Part shown: one piece after another, positions 45,838-58,985 of the stretch | Layout: every line of letters begins with the position of its first letter | How positions within the stretch are numbered: position 1 is the first letter of the stretch | From: Elsinoe ampelina | Taxonomy: Eukaryota | Direction of reading: 5' to 3' | Assembly: GCA_010093995.1 (NCBI GenBank) | Contig: ML992508.1 | Coordinates: 282,506-346,505, forward strand | DNA: 64,000 nt | Translations under genes and position numbers: made by a program | Notes under the pieces: generated by a model | Databases searched by the model: none | Seen by the model: only the letters and a program-made list of their open reading frames with translations | Told to the model about the DNA's origin: nothing

Positions 45838-46041
45838 GAACACCTCCCTACACGTGAGTCTCCAACGTCCAACATTATTTTGGCTGAAACCTACATCTCA
45901 ACAGCCATCTCGCCGTGGATCATGACCCTCAAGGTCAGGCAGCATGGTGAACACAGACGATCAATTCGATTCTTTCAAACTATTGACAGGCTCTGTACCC
46001 GTACGAGCCACCCCTTGCATTAAATCCAACGCTGACGTACG

Positions 46042-46731
46042 TCAAATCATCATCTCATCATCGCCTTGACCCTGTACCTGGCGGTGCAAGTCTTGGAATC
46101 GCTCAAAGTCTCTCGCGGCCATGATGGCGCCGTATTGGTCTTCCATGCTCTGCTCGTAACTGGGCGGAGGTGATTCCCACAGCCCTTGGGTTTCCATGTA
46201 TATGACCTCTTTCTCCTTGACGGGCGTGTCTACGGTGTAGCCGCTCACCATATATGGTTCTGCCTCGTCCATCTTTTGAGAGGCGACGCAGCGTTGCTCT
46301 GCTAGCCGTCTTTCGACACGCAGTCTGGCGAGGACTTCTTCTTGTAGCAGGTTGGTGGAGACGAGTTCACCGTACTGGTATTGTATCGCTTCCTTGTCTC
46401 CGGCTCTGAGTGGTGCGGTTCGCCATAGCTCGAGCAGGCGTAGACGCTGGTCGACACCGGCTGTGTGGAAGAGGTCGAGCTGGCAGGGGAAGAGGAAGGC
46501 GGGGTCGATGTCGTTTTGACGAAGTGTGAACTCGATAGACGCTTCTGTGCCAGGGACAGGAACAGTCGAATACATCGGCTGGTTGTAGTGCGTGCTCGCG
46601 TATACCGTCGATTTCGAGCGGTCAGAGGGGAATGTGAATTGTTGTTGTGGGGTTGCGGGGTTGTGAGCGGCGAGACTCAAAGAGCGGGCGAAGAGGTCGA
46701 CGAGCTCTTCTTGGGAGCGCTGCAGGTCCAT
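46042..46731 (-). CDS. Hypothetical fungal protein (229 aa)
   Basis: Intact ATG-TGA ORF with natural composition (QLDLF....QRLRLLELWR, AEPYMVSGY); no function recognised. Confidence 0.7.
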   Translation of the reverse strand: MDLQRSQEELVDLFARSLSLAAHNPATPQQQFTFPSDRSKSTVYASTHYNQPMYSTVPVPGTEASIEFTLRQNDIDPAFLFPCQLDLFHTAGVDQRLRLLELWRTAPLRAGDKEAIQYQYGELVSTNLLQEEVLARLRVERRLAEQRCVASQKMDEAEPYMVSGYTVDTPVKEKEVIYMETQGLWESPPPSYEQSMEDQYGAIMAARDFERFQDLHRQVQGQGDDEMMI

Positions 46732-47493
46732 CGTTGAATATTCCTGCTGTATATGTTAGTCGCGTCGAAGGTATCCTGCCTCGAGTCTACCTCACTGAGA
46801 GGGTGGGACTGTTGGTGAATCGGAAGAGGAGCCGAGACCAGAAAAAGCCGCTGGAGAGGGAGACACTGGGTAGATTCTTGTATTTCGTCTATATCTGGCG
46901 GATCTATCAATGTTGACTATGCTATAGAAAGACCAGAAATTGAGAAAGTAAAGGTGGCAGGCGGCTTGTTGTATCAGGTAGAGGTATGCGTGTGATCTGC
47001 AACGAAGGGATGACTCGGATATTGGGCACCGTCCTCGAAAAGTGGGCCGACAATTTGACAGTCGTGTCGGGTGCACAAAGGACGTCTGGATGATGTGGGA
47101 TAATAAGTAGTAGAGGAACACTGCTTGTCGCGAAACGAGAAGGATGGATACCTACGATATGATGGTGCCAAAAGCCAGCTTTGTGTCTCGAAATCAACCA
47201 CGTGTGATCGACGTCAGACAAAGAACGGAAAGAGTCCGCGAGTCATTCGTCCGAAGGACCAAGATCTCGCAAGGACGGACCGTGATCCCGAAAGAGCTCC
47301 AGAGCTGGAAACGCGACGAGCGACACCTCAGCTTCACTGCCTGGATACAGAAACACAACATCATCCTCATCGACCTCCCGTCTTGCTTAACGTCAGCTCG
47401 TGAGCGCTCCGACATTTATTTCCTCTCCACTAGAGTCTATCTCACCACCGCCACCTGTTCCGGCCAGCTCCATATCATCCCTCACGTTCAAGC

Positions 47494-48486
47494 ATGGTAA
47501 ATACATTCATCCTATCACCTTTCAACATCTACTGATCTTTGTCGTAGACCTCCATAGGTACGGGTTACGACCTGTCCAACTCCATCTTCTCACCCGACGG
47601 TCGCAACTTCCAAGTCGAATACGCAGTCAAGGCGGTAGAGAATGGTGGCACTTCAGTCGGTATCCGATGCAAAGACGGCGTTGTCCTAGCGCTTGAGAAG
47701 CTCGTCACATCCAAGCTAGTAAAGCAGGGCGCAAACAAGCGAATCGCCACTGTGGATCAGAACATCGGCATCGTGAGTTGATAAATCTGGTGAACGGAGG
47801 ATGATTCGGCAGTACAGCTGACAATCGCCGAACAGGTTTCATCAGGTCTTCAACCAGACGGCAAGCACCTCGCATCGAGAGCGCGTGACGAAGCTGCGCA
47901 ATGGCGAAACATCTACAAAGCCCCTATCCCGACCTCATCACTCGCGAATCGTCTCGGCCAGTACGTTCAGATGCACACAGTCACGAATGCGGTCAGGCCG
48001 TTCGGCATCTCAGCAATCATTGGTGGTTGGGACTCAGAGCTAGATCTACCGGTCGACGGGCAGGTTGGGAGCGGGCCTTCGACCGGATCAGGAGGAAGGA
48101 CACAAGGTGCCAAGCAGGGTGGGCCATATCTGTACATGCTTGAACCAAGCGGACTATACTGGGGATACTACGGAGCAGCAGCTGGCAAGGGAAGGCAGGC
48201 GGCGAAGGCAGAGCTCGAGAAGTTGAAGCTCGGTGCTGGCACGGATGAATGCATCAGCTTGGAAGAGGGCGTCAAGGAAGCGGCGAGGATCATCTACGTT
48301 GCACATGAGGATAACAAGGACAAGGAATTCGAGCTGGAGATGACGTGGGTGAGCAATTCAAGTGGGCCGACGAAGGGGAGACATCAGCACGTACCGAAGG
48401 ACCTGCTGGAGGAGGCCGAGCGCCTGGCAAAGAAGGCACTGGAGGGAGATGACGACGATGAGGAAGAGGAGAAGATGCAGGAGTAG
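47494..48486 (+). CDS. PRE10: 20S proteasome subunit alpha-7 (PSMA3-like), 3 exons
   Basis: [71 protein letters not shown] and [11 protein letters not shown]. The first exon is only the ATG. Confidence 0.96.
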
Positions 48487-48601
48487 GTGGATCGTAGAGG
48501 GGAATCCTGGCGGATGGGAAATACAGTAGCAAGCTCAGGCTACTAAGATTGGTCCGAAAGGTCTATAGTCTATCTGAAATCCCACATCCCACCCAAGCAT
48601 A

Positions 48602-49339
48602 TCACGACTTAGGCACCTCCTCAGTCGCTTCATTCCCTTGCTTCGTCCCCTCCTGCTTCTCCACAGTCGGCCTAGGAAACTCACTATCCCTGATACTCGC
48701 CACCCCCTCCTCACTCCACCCCATCCCCCCCTTCCCCTCGGTCATCTTCGACTCCCTCAACCTCACCTCCCCCTCCCCATCCCACTCCTCGAACGTGAAA
48801 ATCCTATAATCAGCATTCGCATAATGCCTCCTACTCACCGCGGCCCTCAAAAACCCCGAATGCGACACGACAGCCACCACCCCTTCCTCCCTCTTATACA
48901 AATCCCTCAACACCATCTGACCCCTCTCCACCACCTTCTCCCTCGTAAAAGCATACACCGTCTCCGTCCCCTTGAACGGATACCCCGCCTCCAATCCCGA
49001 GAAATCCACCCCGGGGAACTTCTCCGCGAGAGCGCGGACGGGACTCCCCGTGTCGCACGGCTTATCCGAGTTTTCCTGCCAGAGAGCGTCGGTCTCGACG
49101 TTGACGCCGGCGCGGATGAGGAAGTCGAGGCCGATGAGGGTGGTTTGGACTGTGCGGACGAAGGGGGAGGTTATGATGGCGCGGACGCGGGAGGCGAGGG
49201 GGAGCGCGGAGAGGTGGGTGTGTAGCAGGCGGCATTGTTCCTCGCCTGTGGCGGTCAGGGGGGGGTCGGGGAGGGACCAGTTCCTTGTTGCGTTGTGTTC
49301 GGCTTCGCCGTGGCGGATGAGGATGATGGTTGGGGGCAT
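48602..49339 (-). CDS. Histidine phosphatase / phosphoglycerate mutase-like protein
   Basis: IILIRHGEAEHN, DPPLT..GEEQ, SPFVRTVQT, PCDTGS and VVSHSGFL. Confidence 0.9.
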   Translation of the reverse strand: MPPTIILIRHGEAEHNATRNWSLPDPPLTATGEEQCRLLHTHLSALPLASRVRAIITSPFVRTVQTTLIGLDFLIRAGVNVETDALWQENSDKPCDTGSPVRALAEKFPGVDFSGLEAGYPFKGTETVYAFTREKVVERGQMVLRDLYKREEGVVAVVSHSGFLRAAVSRRHYANADYRIFTFEEWDGEGEVRLRESKMTEGKGGMGWSEEGVASIRDSEFPRPTVEKQEGTKQGNEATEEVPKS

Positions 49340-49640
49340 GGTTGGGGAGGATGTGATGAAGGGTGTTGGTCGGGGGTTGCAGGTTCGTGTTGCGTGGGTG
49401 GATTTGCCACGGCGGTGGGCTTGGGTGACGTTCATCAGAAGTGAAGTGTCTGGGGCTGGTGTCACACGTGGAAGTCACATGATTGGTCATTTACTTGGCT
49501 AGTGAAGTGCAAAAGATCATGGTGTCCGTGAATGCCAGACTCGCTGGTAGCTTTTGTTGCTATATGCATATGAAGTGAAGGTATAGGTATCAGGTCCTGC
49601 GCTTGCCGTTTCACATACACTGCACAGACAAAGTATTGAT

Positions 49641-50324
<684 letters not shown>

Positions 50325-51283
50325 CTATGATGGAAGTGATTTTGGATTGATGGAAGTGATGGTGGCGGGAGAGAAGGGGAAACCAGAGACTTATACAGAA
50401 AGCACATTCTACTCCCTTACCCACGGCGGATGATTGTCCACGGTTCAAAAACGGATTATGGACTTGTTGTGGGTCTCCCGGATAAAACATAGAAGACGCC
50501 AGGGACCATAGATGATAGCCGCGAGAAGCACGTAAAACTTTGGACGTCCTGATTCGGGGAGGACAACGTCGTTTCTGTTCGAGCTTAGCGAATGTCTGTT
50601 CGCTGCTAACGAAGAGCGCAGGCTAGAATATCGAGACGCCGGCGTGTCAGATGACATGACCCTGACAATCACGGGAAAAGCCTTGCGACTTCAGGTGGTG
50701 GTGTTTCACATTGGCGCGACCCACCGCCAAGCACTTGCGCTGCTGTCAATGCGGTGTTCAGTCAGGGGCTATGGCGGTATTCCGTCTGTCCAGATTGTGC
50801 TGTAGACAGAGTTGATATTACTATGCCGTCAATTTGCTTAGCTGCAAGGTGTTCAAAGGTACAAGAATCCTCCGGATTGAAGGAAGTATAGCGGTGTGCC
50901 AAGGCGGAGATCCTTGGCACAAACCTTGTCTCCTGCACTCCACAAAAGTCAATGCACTCCGCAGATCACATCACTCAGCAGCATCTCACGTGTCTGCATG
51001 ATATTAGCCGTATATATTCTTCTATCCATATCACAACAAGTATCTCCGTCGCCAGCATCGCTGCCATCTTCGAATCGTGGACGGGCGGACGGGAAGCCCC
51101 ACACTCTGGGAGTGGCTGAATGTGCTGACGCCATCCATCCATCCAGGGATTTGTTCAAGGTACTGTCACTAATGCTGCCAACGAACAAAGGGTTCATACG
51201 GATAAATCAGTCTTGTCAGAGGCGCTGAGCCCATCAATTGCTTGTTTTTGAGTGTACGAGGTGTAGGACTTCATCCGGAGCTG

Positions 51284-52438
51284 ATGTCGGACATGTCACC
51301 GCCTCCTTTGTGCATAATTGGGGCAGGACTGGGAGGGCTCACTCTTGCAAGATCGTTACTGAAACGAGGAGTACCCGCTGTCATATACGACAGAAGTGCA
51401 TCTGCTCCTCGCCATGGGTACGGCATAACGCTCCACGCCTCAACATACAAGCCACTGGCCAAAGTCCTTGACCTAGATGCCACAACACTCCGTCAGAAGA
51501 CCGCCGTAGACGCCGCGATAGGAGGCTCAGGCATCATCGACCCCAAACATCTTGGCCAAGCACACAAGGACTCCTTCCGCGCCAACAGACAAAAACTCGA
51601 ACTCCTCCTCCGCCAAGGCCTCGACATCCGCTGGGAACACCAACTCGACCACATCTCCCCCTCCCCCGGCTCCCTCACCCTGCACTTCTCCAACACCACC
51701 ACCCTCACCGTCCCACACGTCATCGCCTCCGACGGCCCCCACTCGCGCGCCCGCCTCTCCCTCCTCCCATCCATCACCCCCACCGTGCACCCCACCGTCG
51801 CCCTGAACGGAAAACGCCGCATCCCCCTCCCGCTCTACACCGCGCTCTACGCCCCCCTCCTCACCAACAAAAACATCCTCTCCCTCCGCACAGGACCCAA
51901 CAACGCCCTCCTCACGATCCAAGTCAACGACCACGACCCCGACAAAGAAACCGTGAGCATAAGCTGGATCTACTCCCGCCCCGCCCAGGGCCTCCGCGCC
52001 GACCCCCTGCACCGCCCGCACCGCCCCAGCTCCGGCGCCGAGGACATTCCCGGGGACTTCTACGAGGAGATCCGCGACCTGGGACCGCTCGAGGGCCCGT
52101 TCGGGGATGTCTTTGACGCCGAGAAGTTGGGGGAGGAAAGGGTCTTGTCGTGGCTGATGCGCACTGTCGAGGTCCCGCTCCGGGAGGAGCTGAAGGGGGC
52201 AGGGGAGAGAGGGGTGTGGTTCGTCGGGGACGCGGTGCATGCTGAGCCGATATTGGGTGGGGAAGGGGCAAATGCGGCGATTGTGGACGGGGTGGAGTTG
52301 GGGGAGTGGATTGCGGAGTATGGGGTTGGGGAGATAGGGAAGTGGTGTGAAGGACGGTGGGAGGACTGGCGGCGTGGCGTGGAGAGGAGTAAAAGGGTGT
52401 TGGCGGAGATGCATAGCGTGGGTAAGGCGTCATTATAG
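51284..52438 (+). CDS. FAD-dependent monooxygenase
   Basis: IIGAGLGGLTLA (GxGxxG), IASDGPHSRAR (DG motif) and FVGDAVHAEPILGGEGANAAIVDG (GD motif). Confidence 0.9.
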   Translation: MSDMSPPPLCIIGAGLGGLTLARSLLKRGVPAVIYDRSASAPRHGYGITLHASTYKPLAKVLDLDATTLRQKTAVDAAIGGSGIIDPKHLGQAHKDSFRANRQKLELLLRQGLDIRWEHQLDHISPSPGSLTLHFSNTTTLTVPHVIASDGPHSRARLSLLPSITPTVHPTVALNGKRRIPLPLYTALYAPLLTNKNILSLRTGPNNALLTIQVNDHDPDKETVSISWIYSRPAQGLRADPLHRPHRPSSGAEDIPGDFYEEIRDLGPLEGPFGDVFDAEKLGEERVLSWLMRTVEVPLREELKGAGERGVWFVGDAVHAEPILGGEGANAAIVDGVELGEWIAEYGVGEIGKWCEGRWEDWRRGVERSKRVLAEMHSVGKASL

Positions 52439-52635
52439 ATGGAGGGATCATCCTTGTTGAAGATAGAAAGGTTGTCACGTGTAGCAATGGGGGAGAGTGT
52501 ACGTTATTCACGGTCAATTCTTGTTGCCTCGACTACTAGGGTTGACAAGTCTGTGAAGACCGCCACCATGGACGTCTAATCTAATAACACAAGCATGCGC
52601 TTGTCTTTTGGGCTGGTCTCCTAGCGATGGCCATA

Positions 52636-55600
52636 CTACTGCTTCACCATCTGCGCCCTCGGGCTGCCCTGGTGCGGCAGTCCAGGACTAGCCATGCCGC
52701 CATTGCTTGGTATCCTGGCCATCCCAGGTGCCGCATTCCTGCTCGATGGCCTCTGTTGATTGCCACCACCATTCATCCCGCTCAAACCGTTCATGCCGTT
52801 CATCTGACCCATGCCCATATTAACATTGTTCATATTCATGCCGGCCATATTTGGTATAACACCCTGCATGACAGGACTGACGTGCATGTTGACTGGGCTT
52901 TGAGTGTGTGCCGGACCAGCATGCTGAACGCGTGGAGATCCATTAGAACTCATGCCGGGTGTGGTCAGATTGGTCTGTTGCTGCTGCATCAGTTGTCGTC
53001 GCATCATCTGGCTGTACTGCTGCTGCTGAGATGGTGATGCTTGATTTTGACCATTGGCGACATTGTTGGTCTGCAGATTATTGAAGTTGTTCATCTGGCC
53101 ATTCAAATTTTGTCCATTCATCTGCCCATTCATTTGCCCGTTCTGCATGAAAGCCGCCTGATTCTGATCATAGGCGTTCATGTTTTGCTTGTTCATGTTG
53201 CCGTAATTGCCGCTGGCAGCATTGACGGCGTTCTGGCGGGCCGCAAATTGTTGCTTCATCTGCTCACCAGCTAGTTGGTCGATTTGCTGAGGGGTGAGGT
53301 TTGGGTTCTGCGACTGGAGGCGATGCTTGATCTGTGTGATGGCTGGGACATGTCCAGAAGAGAGTTGTTTGGGTTGCGATTGGTTGGGTGGTGGCATGTG
53401 TGGCGAGACTGACGCATTCCCGCCGTTGACCTGGCCAGACTGACCCTGCATGTTGTTCATGTTGGACTGACCAGAGTTTTGCTGCTGTTGTTGTTGCATT
53501 GCAGCGAGCATGGCCGCTTGATTGTTCGACATCTGACCATTCTGGCCCATACCATTCATCATCTGGTTACCACCTGGAGATAGCAGTTGTTGCTGCTGGT
53601 ACTGCTTCATCTGTTGAGCTGACAGTTGTGAGGCGTTCTTAATCTGCGATTGCATCGCCATACGAGTCATGGCTTCTTGCGACATCTGCATATTGCCGCC
53701 GGGACTGCGCATGTTGGACTGCATTGGTGCCTGGGGTACACCATTCTGCATACCCATGTTCGGTACTGCAAGGTGACCGTTCTGTGTTTGCATGGGCACA
53801 CCTGGCATGCCGTTGATCTGCCGCGCTTGTCCGGACATGTTCGCTTGAGCCATCATGTTAGGTACTTGCCCGTTCTGGCTCTGAGCCATTTGGGCATTCC
53901 CTTGTCGCTGTTGTGCAGCAGCCATAGCGGCTTGATTCGGATGCTGACCAGCGCGTTGCATTTGAGCTTGCTGGAAGATGTCAGTGAATTGTCAAATGAT
54001 ACGGGCGCTCTCGCTTGTCTTACCCTGTGTTGCAGAATGGCGGCCTCTCTTGCCTTTTCTTGACGGGCGGCCAGTTGCAAATCTCGCTGGTATCGCAACT
54101 CGCTGAACTCCTGCGGAGTCTGTATCTTTTGTGCCGGCTGATTGATCTCGACATGATTTTTGCGCATGTTGGCAGCCTTTTGAGCTTCTTGCTGTTTGTG
54201 GGCTTGCTGCTCACGCTTCCTAGCCAGCTTGCGCATCGAGTCGATGATGTGAAGGTATCTCCCAGTTCTCCGTCGCTCGACACGCACTGGCATGGTCCTA
54301 CGCCTCATAGGCGGCTGAGTTGGATTGGGATTCTGTGAGTGGAGTTGGACCTGTGCCTGATACTTTGCGTCAACCAGTCTTGCAGCGCCCTCGAGCCTCT
54401 GAACCCACGCCCGGAAGTAGTTGGTCTTTCGAAGCTCGACCGGAAGCGTCTCCAATTCCACCCAGCGCTCGAAGCACTCCCAGGGAGTACGACGATCGGC
54501 AGCGCCATGGAAGTGGGATGGCAGACGCATTTGATCCGAGATGAGGGACCAATTGAAAGTGTATTCCTTGGCGAGCTTTCGAAGCTTCTGATCGTCGTCC
54601 CATGTCCATTGTGATGCAAGTCGCCATTCGTAGAATTTCTCGGAGGGCATGTTGAACTCTGATGGAGGACGAAAGATATTGGTGGCGTGCAATCTGTCTT
54701 TGATGGGCTTGCTTTCCGTGTCGAACAGGGCAACGTCTGTCATCTCTGGTGGGAGACCGTCACCTTTGCTCGCTCTTTGACGCTTGGACTCTCGTTCATC
54801 TTGCGGGTATTCGTCTTCGTAGTCGAATCGGCTCCTTTTCCTTGGTGCCGGGTTTGTCTTTGCCAAGACTTTGCCAGTAATGTACTTGGATACTGAAGCC
54901 GGTTGCTGACGGGGAGATGCACTGCGCTGGCTACCATCATCTTCGAAAGGAAGGTAGAGAGGTAGATCCTGGATTGCTTTTGCAAAATCATCCGACTCTA
55001 GCATGTGCGATGTCAATTCAGACATTCCAGCTGCCGTGAAGAGAGAATCTGGAACAGCGGCGTAGCGAGGGGTTGGGGGCATGTCCTGATCCGATGATGG
55101 AGTTTGATCCTCCTTGCTTGAAGGCTCGAGGTCCGGGACAGATTCGTCCTGAGAGGTCCTCGCCTCGCCATTCTCCAGGCTCGTTGCAGCAGGTGATTGG
55201 GGAGCATCGTGGAATTCCTCCGAGCTCGCACTTGATGGAATCTTGGTGCGAACCTGCATGTCAAATCTGGCGGAAGGCTCTGCAGCCACCCACTCGGCGC
55301 ATTGATGTGCAAAGTATTTGGCAAGCCCTTTCTTCTCCTTTCGTTCCTGCCTGAAGTCGGTCCGCATCCACTTCATCTCTGACATTACGTGGTCCCAATG
55401 TGTGGTTGGAGCAGGTGGTTCCGGGCATGGCTGCATCTGCCGTAAGGACCAGTGGTTGGAGTACTGGAGACCATAAACCCGCTTAAGGAGGCGCTGATCC
55501 TGTCGCTCGCGGTAAGCAACGAACTGATCGCCAGTGCTGAGTGATTTGTTGGCCCGATGGAGTATATCTCCCAATCCGCGAGCATTAGGGGGTTCTTGTG

Positions 55601-56994
55601 CCTGGATGCGATAAAGCGGCTCGAGGTAGTCGCGTGATGGATCGTCGTTGGCGCCTCGAAGTGACGCGTACGCATCTTCATTAAGTGGTAAAGAAGAGTC
55701 AATACTTGTTGTGTCAGTGGTGAGGGTAAGGGGTGATTTAGTTGGAAGGGGTGGAGCAGGCATGGAATTTGAGTGTGGTCTTGAGGACGATGACGGTCGT
55801 GATGAAGGTGTATCCGAAGAGTATGGTTCGTGGTTGAGAGTAGGTGGCTTCCTTCGCGGTGTGCTCCTAGGTGACTCTTGTATGATCTCTGAGACCGACT
55901 TTTGCCGCATTGCCCCAGATGATACACGGGTTTGCATGCGCTGAGGCCGATCACTCGGGGTAGCGGGTTGTGCAGCCTTCGCAGGTTGTGATGACTTGGG
56001 AGCTGGGATGCTTGGTGACTCGGCCGCGACCGGCGCAGGGTGTGCTGGGACCTTGAAATCGATAGGTCCTGTCGGACCATCTGTTGTCCCAGTAGCAGGG
56101 CCCTGCTTATCGGAGAGGACAATATCGCCATCCCGGTCTTTCTGAACATCACTGGTAGAGTCTGGCGCTATCTGCGAAGAGCCAGTGGTGGGAATCACAG
56201 GCCGCCCTTCTAAATTGGTCGCTGGAGTTGTACCAGAGGGAAGAGCAGTAGCCTCGGATATTGCTGCAGTGGTCTTCGATACGGGCTCGGGTTGCTGAGC
56301 TTCTGCACGAGGTGATTGGGCATCTCTTTCGGCCCCTTGAGGTATGTCGAGTTCTGAGATGTCTTGAGACAGCTTCTGTGGTGTGTCGAGGGTAACATTT
56401 TGATCAAGCGGCGTCGACTCCTCTGCTTCTGGTACGACATTAAGCTTTTCCTGCTGGCTGATCGAGGTAGAAGGATCTTGCGCTGATGGACCAGCTCCCC
56501 AGGGCAGTGGAAATGCTTTAGAAAGCGCATCCTTGACGGTGTCGAAGGAGAAAGGGAAGGTGGAGTCCTGGAAGTAACGACCCCTGCGACAGCATTAGAG
56601 AATGCACAATTTGATGGCGACCGGAATCATGCTTACTTCTCCAGGTCATGATTGTCGAGTAGAGCAGCTTCCTCTGCGGTCAAAGGAGGCGGTGGGGATG
56701 CGTCAAAGTCGGTATAGAGGGCGGAAGGTAGGCCGACATGGTGTGTGAGAGCAGCTGTCACGGCGTTGAGCGCTCTCAGCCGCGACGAGCGTCGGCGTAG
56801 CGATGCCCTGCGACAACATGTCAGCATAGCTCGTCGACGACAACAGATAAAATCAAGCGGTCTTGAATTTCGGTTTCGCATCGATGTGAGGGTGAAATTG
56901 GCATCAAATGCGCCCGTAAAATAATTGCGGATACGTACTGTCTTTCATTTCGTCGTCGTTCGATTTGGCCATCCCGAAGCACTTGAATCGACAT
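52636..56994 (-). CDS. EAF1: NuA4 complex scaffold Eaf1/Vid21 (HSA + SANT/Myb domains, Q/N/M-rich tail), multi-exon
   Basis: HSA domain WSLRQ...EP....HWDHVMSEMKWMRTDFRQERK and SANT domain WTWDDDQKLRKLAKEYTFNWSLIS...RRTPWECFERW. 5' exons inferred from ATG 56994 and GT-AG introns. Confidence 0.88.
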
Positions 56995-57376
56995 GTGAGG
57001 GATCCTATCGCAGGTGAATAGTGATAGCCGTCATCGGAGAGTCAGATGAAGACTCTTTGATGGTTGTGAGAATTATACGAGATGAATCGAGGTTGTGGAC
57101 TCCGTCTACTGTGACAGTCTGTGAGAGCGACTGGGGAGCGTGAAGGCGCGGGAGCAGCAAAGCGTGTGGAGCGTCGAGCGTCGAGCGTCGGGCGCGTTCT
57201 CACAATCATCAATGAGAAAGTTTCACGTTCCCACTTTCGCCCGCAGGCTGCTCTTCCATTTTTCGCCGCTTCGGCCCGCGATCCGACATCACCTCTTCCA
57301 GAATTGGCCGAGCTACCAAAAATTCATCCATGTGGCTTTTCTCCTCTTGAGATAATCGTTTTCCTGGGAGGCCAAC

Positions 57377-58945
57377 ATGTCAGAATCGATCTTGAAGCGG
57401 AAACGACCTGGTGGTGATGTGATACGATATGACAAGCCAAAGAAGACGGTAAAGGTGCAAGCCGTCAATGATAAGCCATCTGGTTTGAAGAAAGCTCAAA
57501 AGGCACTGCCTGTATCCCACGCAAATGGCAAATCCAAGCCAGCAGCAGCCAGCACGACGTCGAATAAGACGAACTCTCCACCTTCGATCCAAATAGTCAC
57601 AGGGTCGTACGAGAGAGTGCTTCACGGCTTCATTGCCACCCTTCCCGACAAACTGCCCTCGTCGCCGTCGTCCTCAACTACAGAATTCCCCCAGGCTACC
57701 TTTAGCGACACCTTCCTCTTCTCGGCCCACTCCTCATCCGTCCGCTCCCTGGCGATCTCCCAACCTCAAGCATCTAAACGTATTCTTGCAACAGGATCCT
57801 CCGATGAGCGAATCAACCTCTACCAGCTATCGACCTCGGCCCCATCTCGATCAAAGTCTGGTCCGTCGAAACCAGACCTACCGTCATTGTCCGGCGCATC
57901 TGTCGTTGAGAACCCCCGAAATCGCGAGCTCGGCTCGCTGCTTCACCATTCTAGGACCATCACTTCGCTTCTCTTTCCCACAAAGTCAAAGCTCTTCTCC
58001 GCCGCCGAGGACAACACCATTGGCATTACCAGGACGAGAGACTGGACAACGCTTTCCACCATCAAAGCCCCAGTACCGAAGCCGTTCGGCCGTCCATCGG
58101 GAGATACAGCGGCGCCGGGCGAAGTGCCAAGTGGTGTCAATGACTTCGCCGTGCATCCTAGCATGAAGCTCATGCTGAGCGTTAGCAAAGGAGAGAAGTG
58201 CATGCGGTTATGGAACCTGGTTACTGGCAAGAAGGCCGGCGTGCTGAATTTCTCAAAGGAAGTGCTGATGCAAATTGGCGAGGGGAGATTCTCGACCGGC
58301 GAGGGCCGGAGGGTGTTGTGGCGGAACGACGGTGAAGGTTTCGTGGTCGTGTTTGAGAAGGGCGTAATCGTCTACGGTATGGAAAGCACACCAGAACGGA
58401 TCGTCAGGCTGCAGAGCGGCAAGATATGTCAGGCCCGCTTCGTTCCCGGCCAGGACAGTGTCCTGGCTGTCTCAACAGAAGATGGGAGGGTATTGTTCTA
58501 CGACGTAGGATCGAATGGCGATGAGGTTGACGAGAAGAGCTTGCCGCAGTGTCCCTGTATGGCCGAGATCCCGACGCTGGAAGCCAGATCATCGGGCAGG
58601 ATAAAGGACTTTGAGATTCTGGAGCTCCCAGAATCACATCAGAGCACACTCATCTTCATCACCGCAAGTAGCGATGGTGCCGCTCGTCTATGGGCCGTTG
58701 AAAAGTCATCACTAGATCCCCCAGTCGCCCCGAATGGTGTAGTCTCAGGCAAAGTTGATGCGATTGGCAAAGAAGTGAAGAGCGTAGGAGCTCTGATTGG
58801 TGTGCGCGAGACCGGCAATAGGCTGACCTGCATCGTGGCTTTCGTAATGGATGAGCCGACGACAGATGGCGCTGAGGAGAGCCAGCCTGCTGAAGGACTT
58901 GTCGTTCCCAATGGGGACCTAGATAGCGAAAGCGACGAAGAATGA
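57377..58945 (+). CDS. MAK11: WD40 60S biogenesis factor Mak11/PAK1IP1
   Basis: IQIVTGSYERVLHG, FLFSAHSSSVRSLA, ILATGSSDERINLY, AVHPSMKLMLSV...MRLWNLVTGKKA, RIKD and NRLTC. Confidence 0.92.
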   Translation: MSESILKRKRPGGDVIRYDKPKKTVKVQAVNDKPSGLKKAQKALPVSHANGKSKPAAASTTSNKTNSPPSIQIVTGSYERVLHGFIATLPDKLPSSPSSSTTEFPQATFSDTFLFSAHSSSVRSLAISQPQASKRILATGSSDERINLYQLSTSAPSRSKSGPSKPDLPSLSGASVVENPRNRELGSLLHHSRTITSLLFPTKSKLFSAAEDNTIGITRTRDWTTLSTIKAPVPKPFGRPSGDTAAPGEVPSGVNDFAVHPSMKLMLSVSKGEKCMRLWNLVTGKKAGVLNFSKEVLMQIGEGRFSTGEGRRVLWRNDGEGFVVVFEKGVIVYGMESTPERIVRLQSGKICQARFVPGQDSVLAVSTEDGRVLFYDVGSNGDEVDEKSLPQCPCMAEIPTLEARSSGRIKDFEILELPESHQSTLIFITASSDGAARLWAVEKSSLDPPVAPNGVVSGKVDAIGKEVKSVGALIGVRETGNRLTCIVAFVMDEPTTDGAEESQPAEGLVVPNGDLDSESDEE

Positions 58946-58985
58946 GACGATCGAATCGATGCTCCTAATATCCCACCGTCCCTCA

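Noticed and set aside
50621..50626. GGCTAG, a possible XlnR site upstream of the xylanase
   Set aside because: A single hexamer is expected by chance.
52636..53961. Q/N/M/G-rich ORF as a separate prion-like gene
   Set aside because: It is the last exon of EAF1, joined through an intron near 53970-54023.
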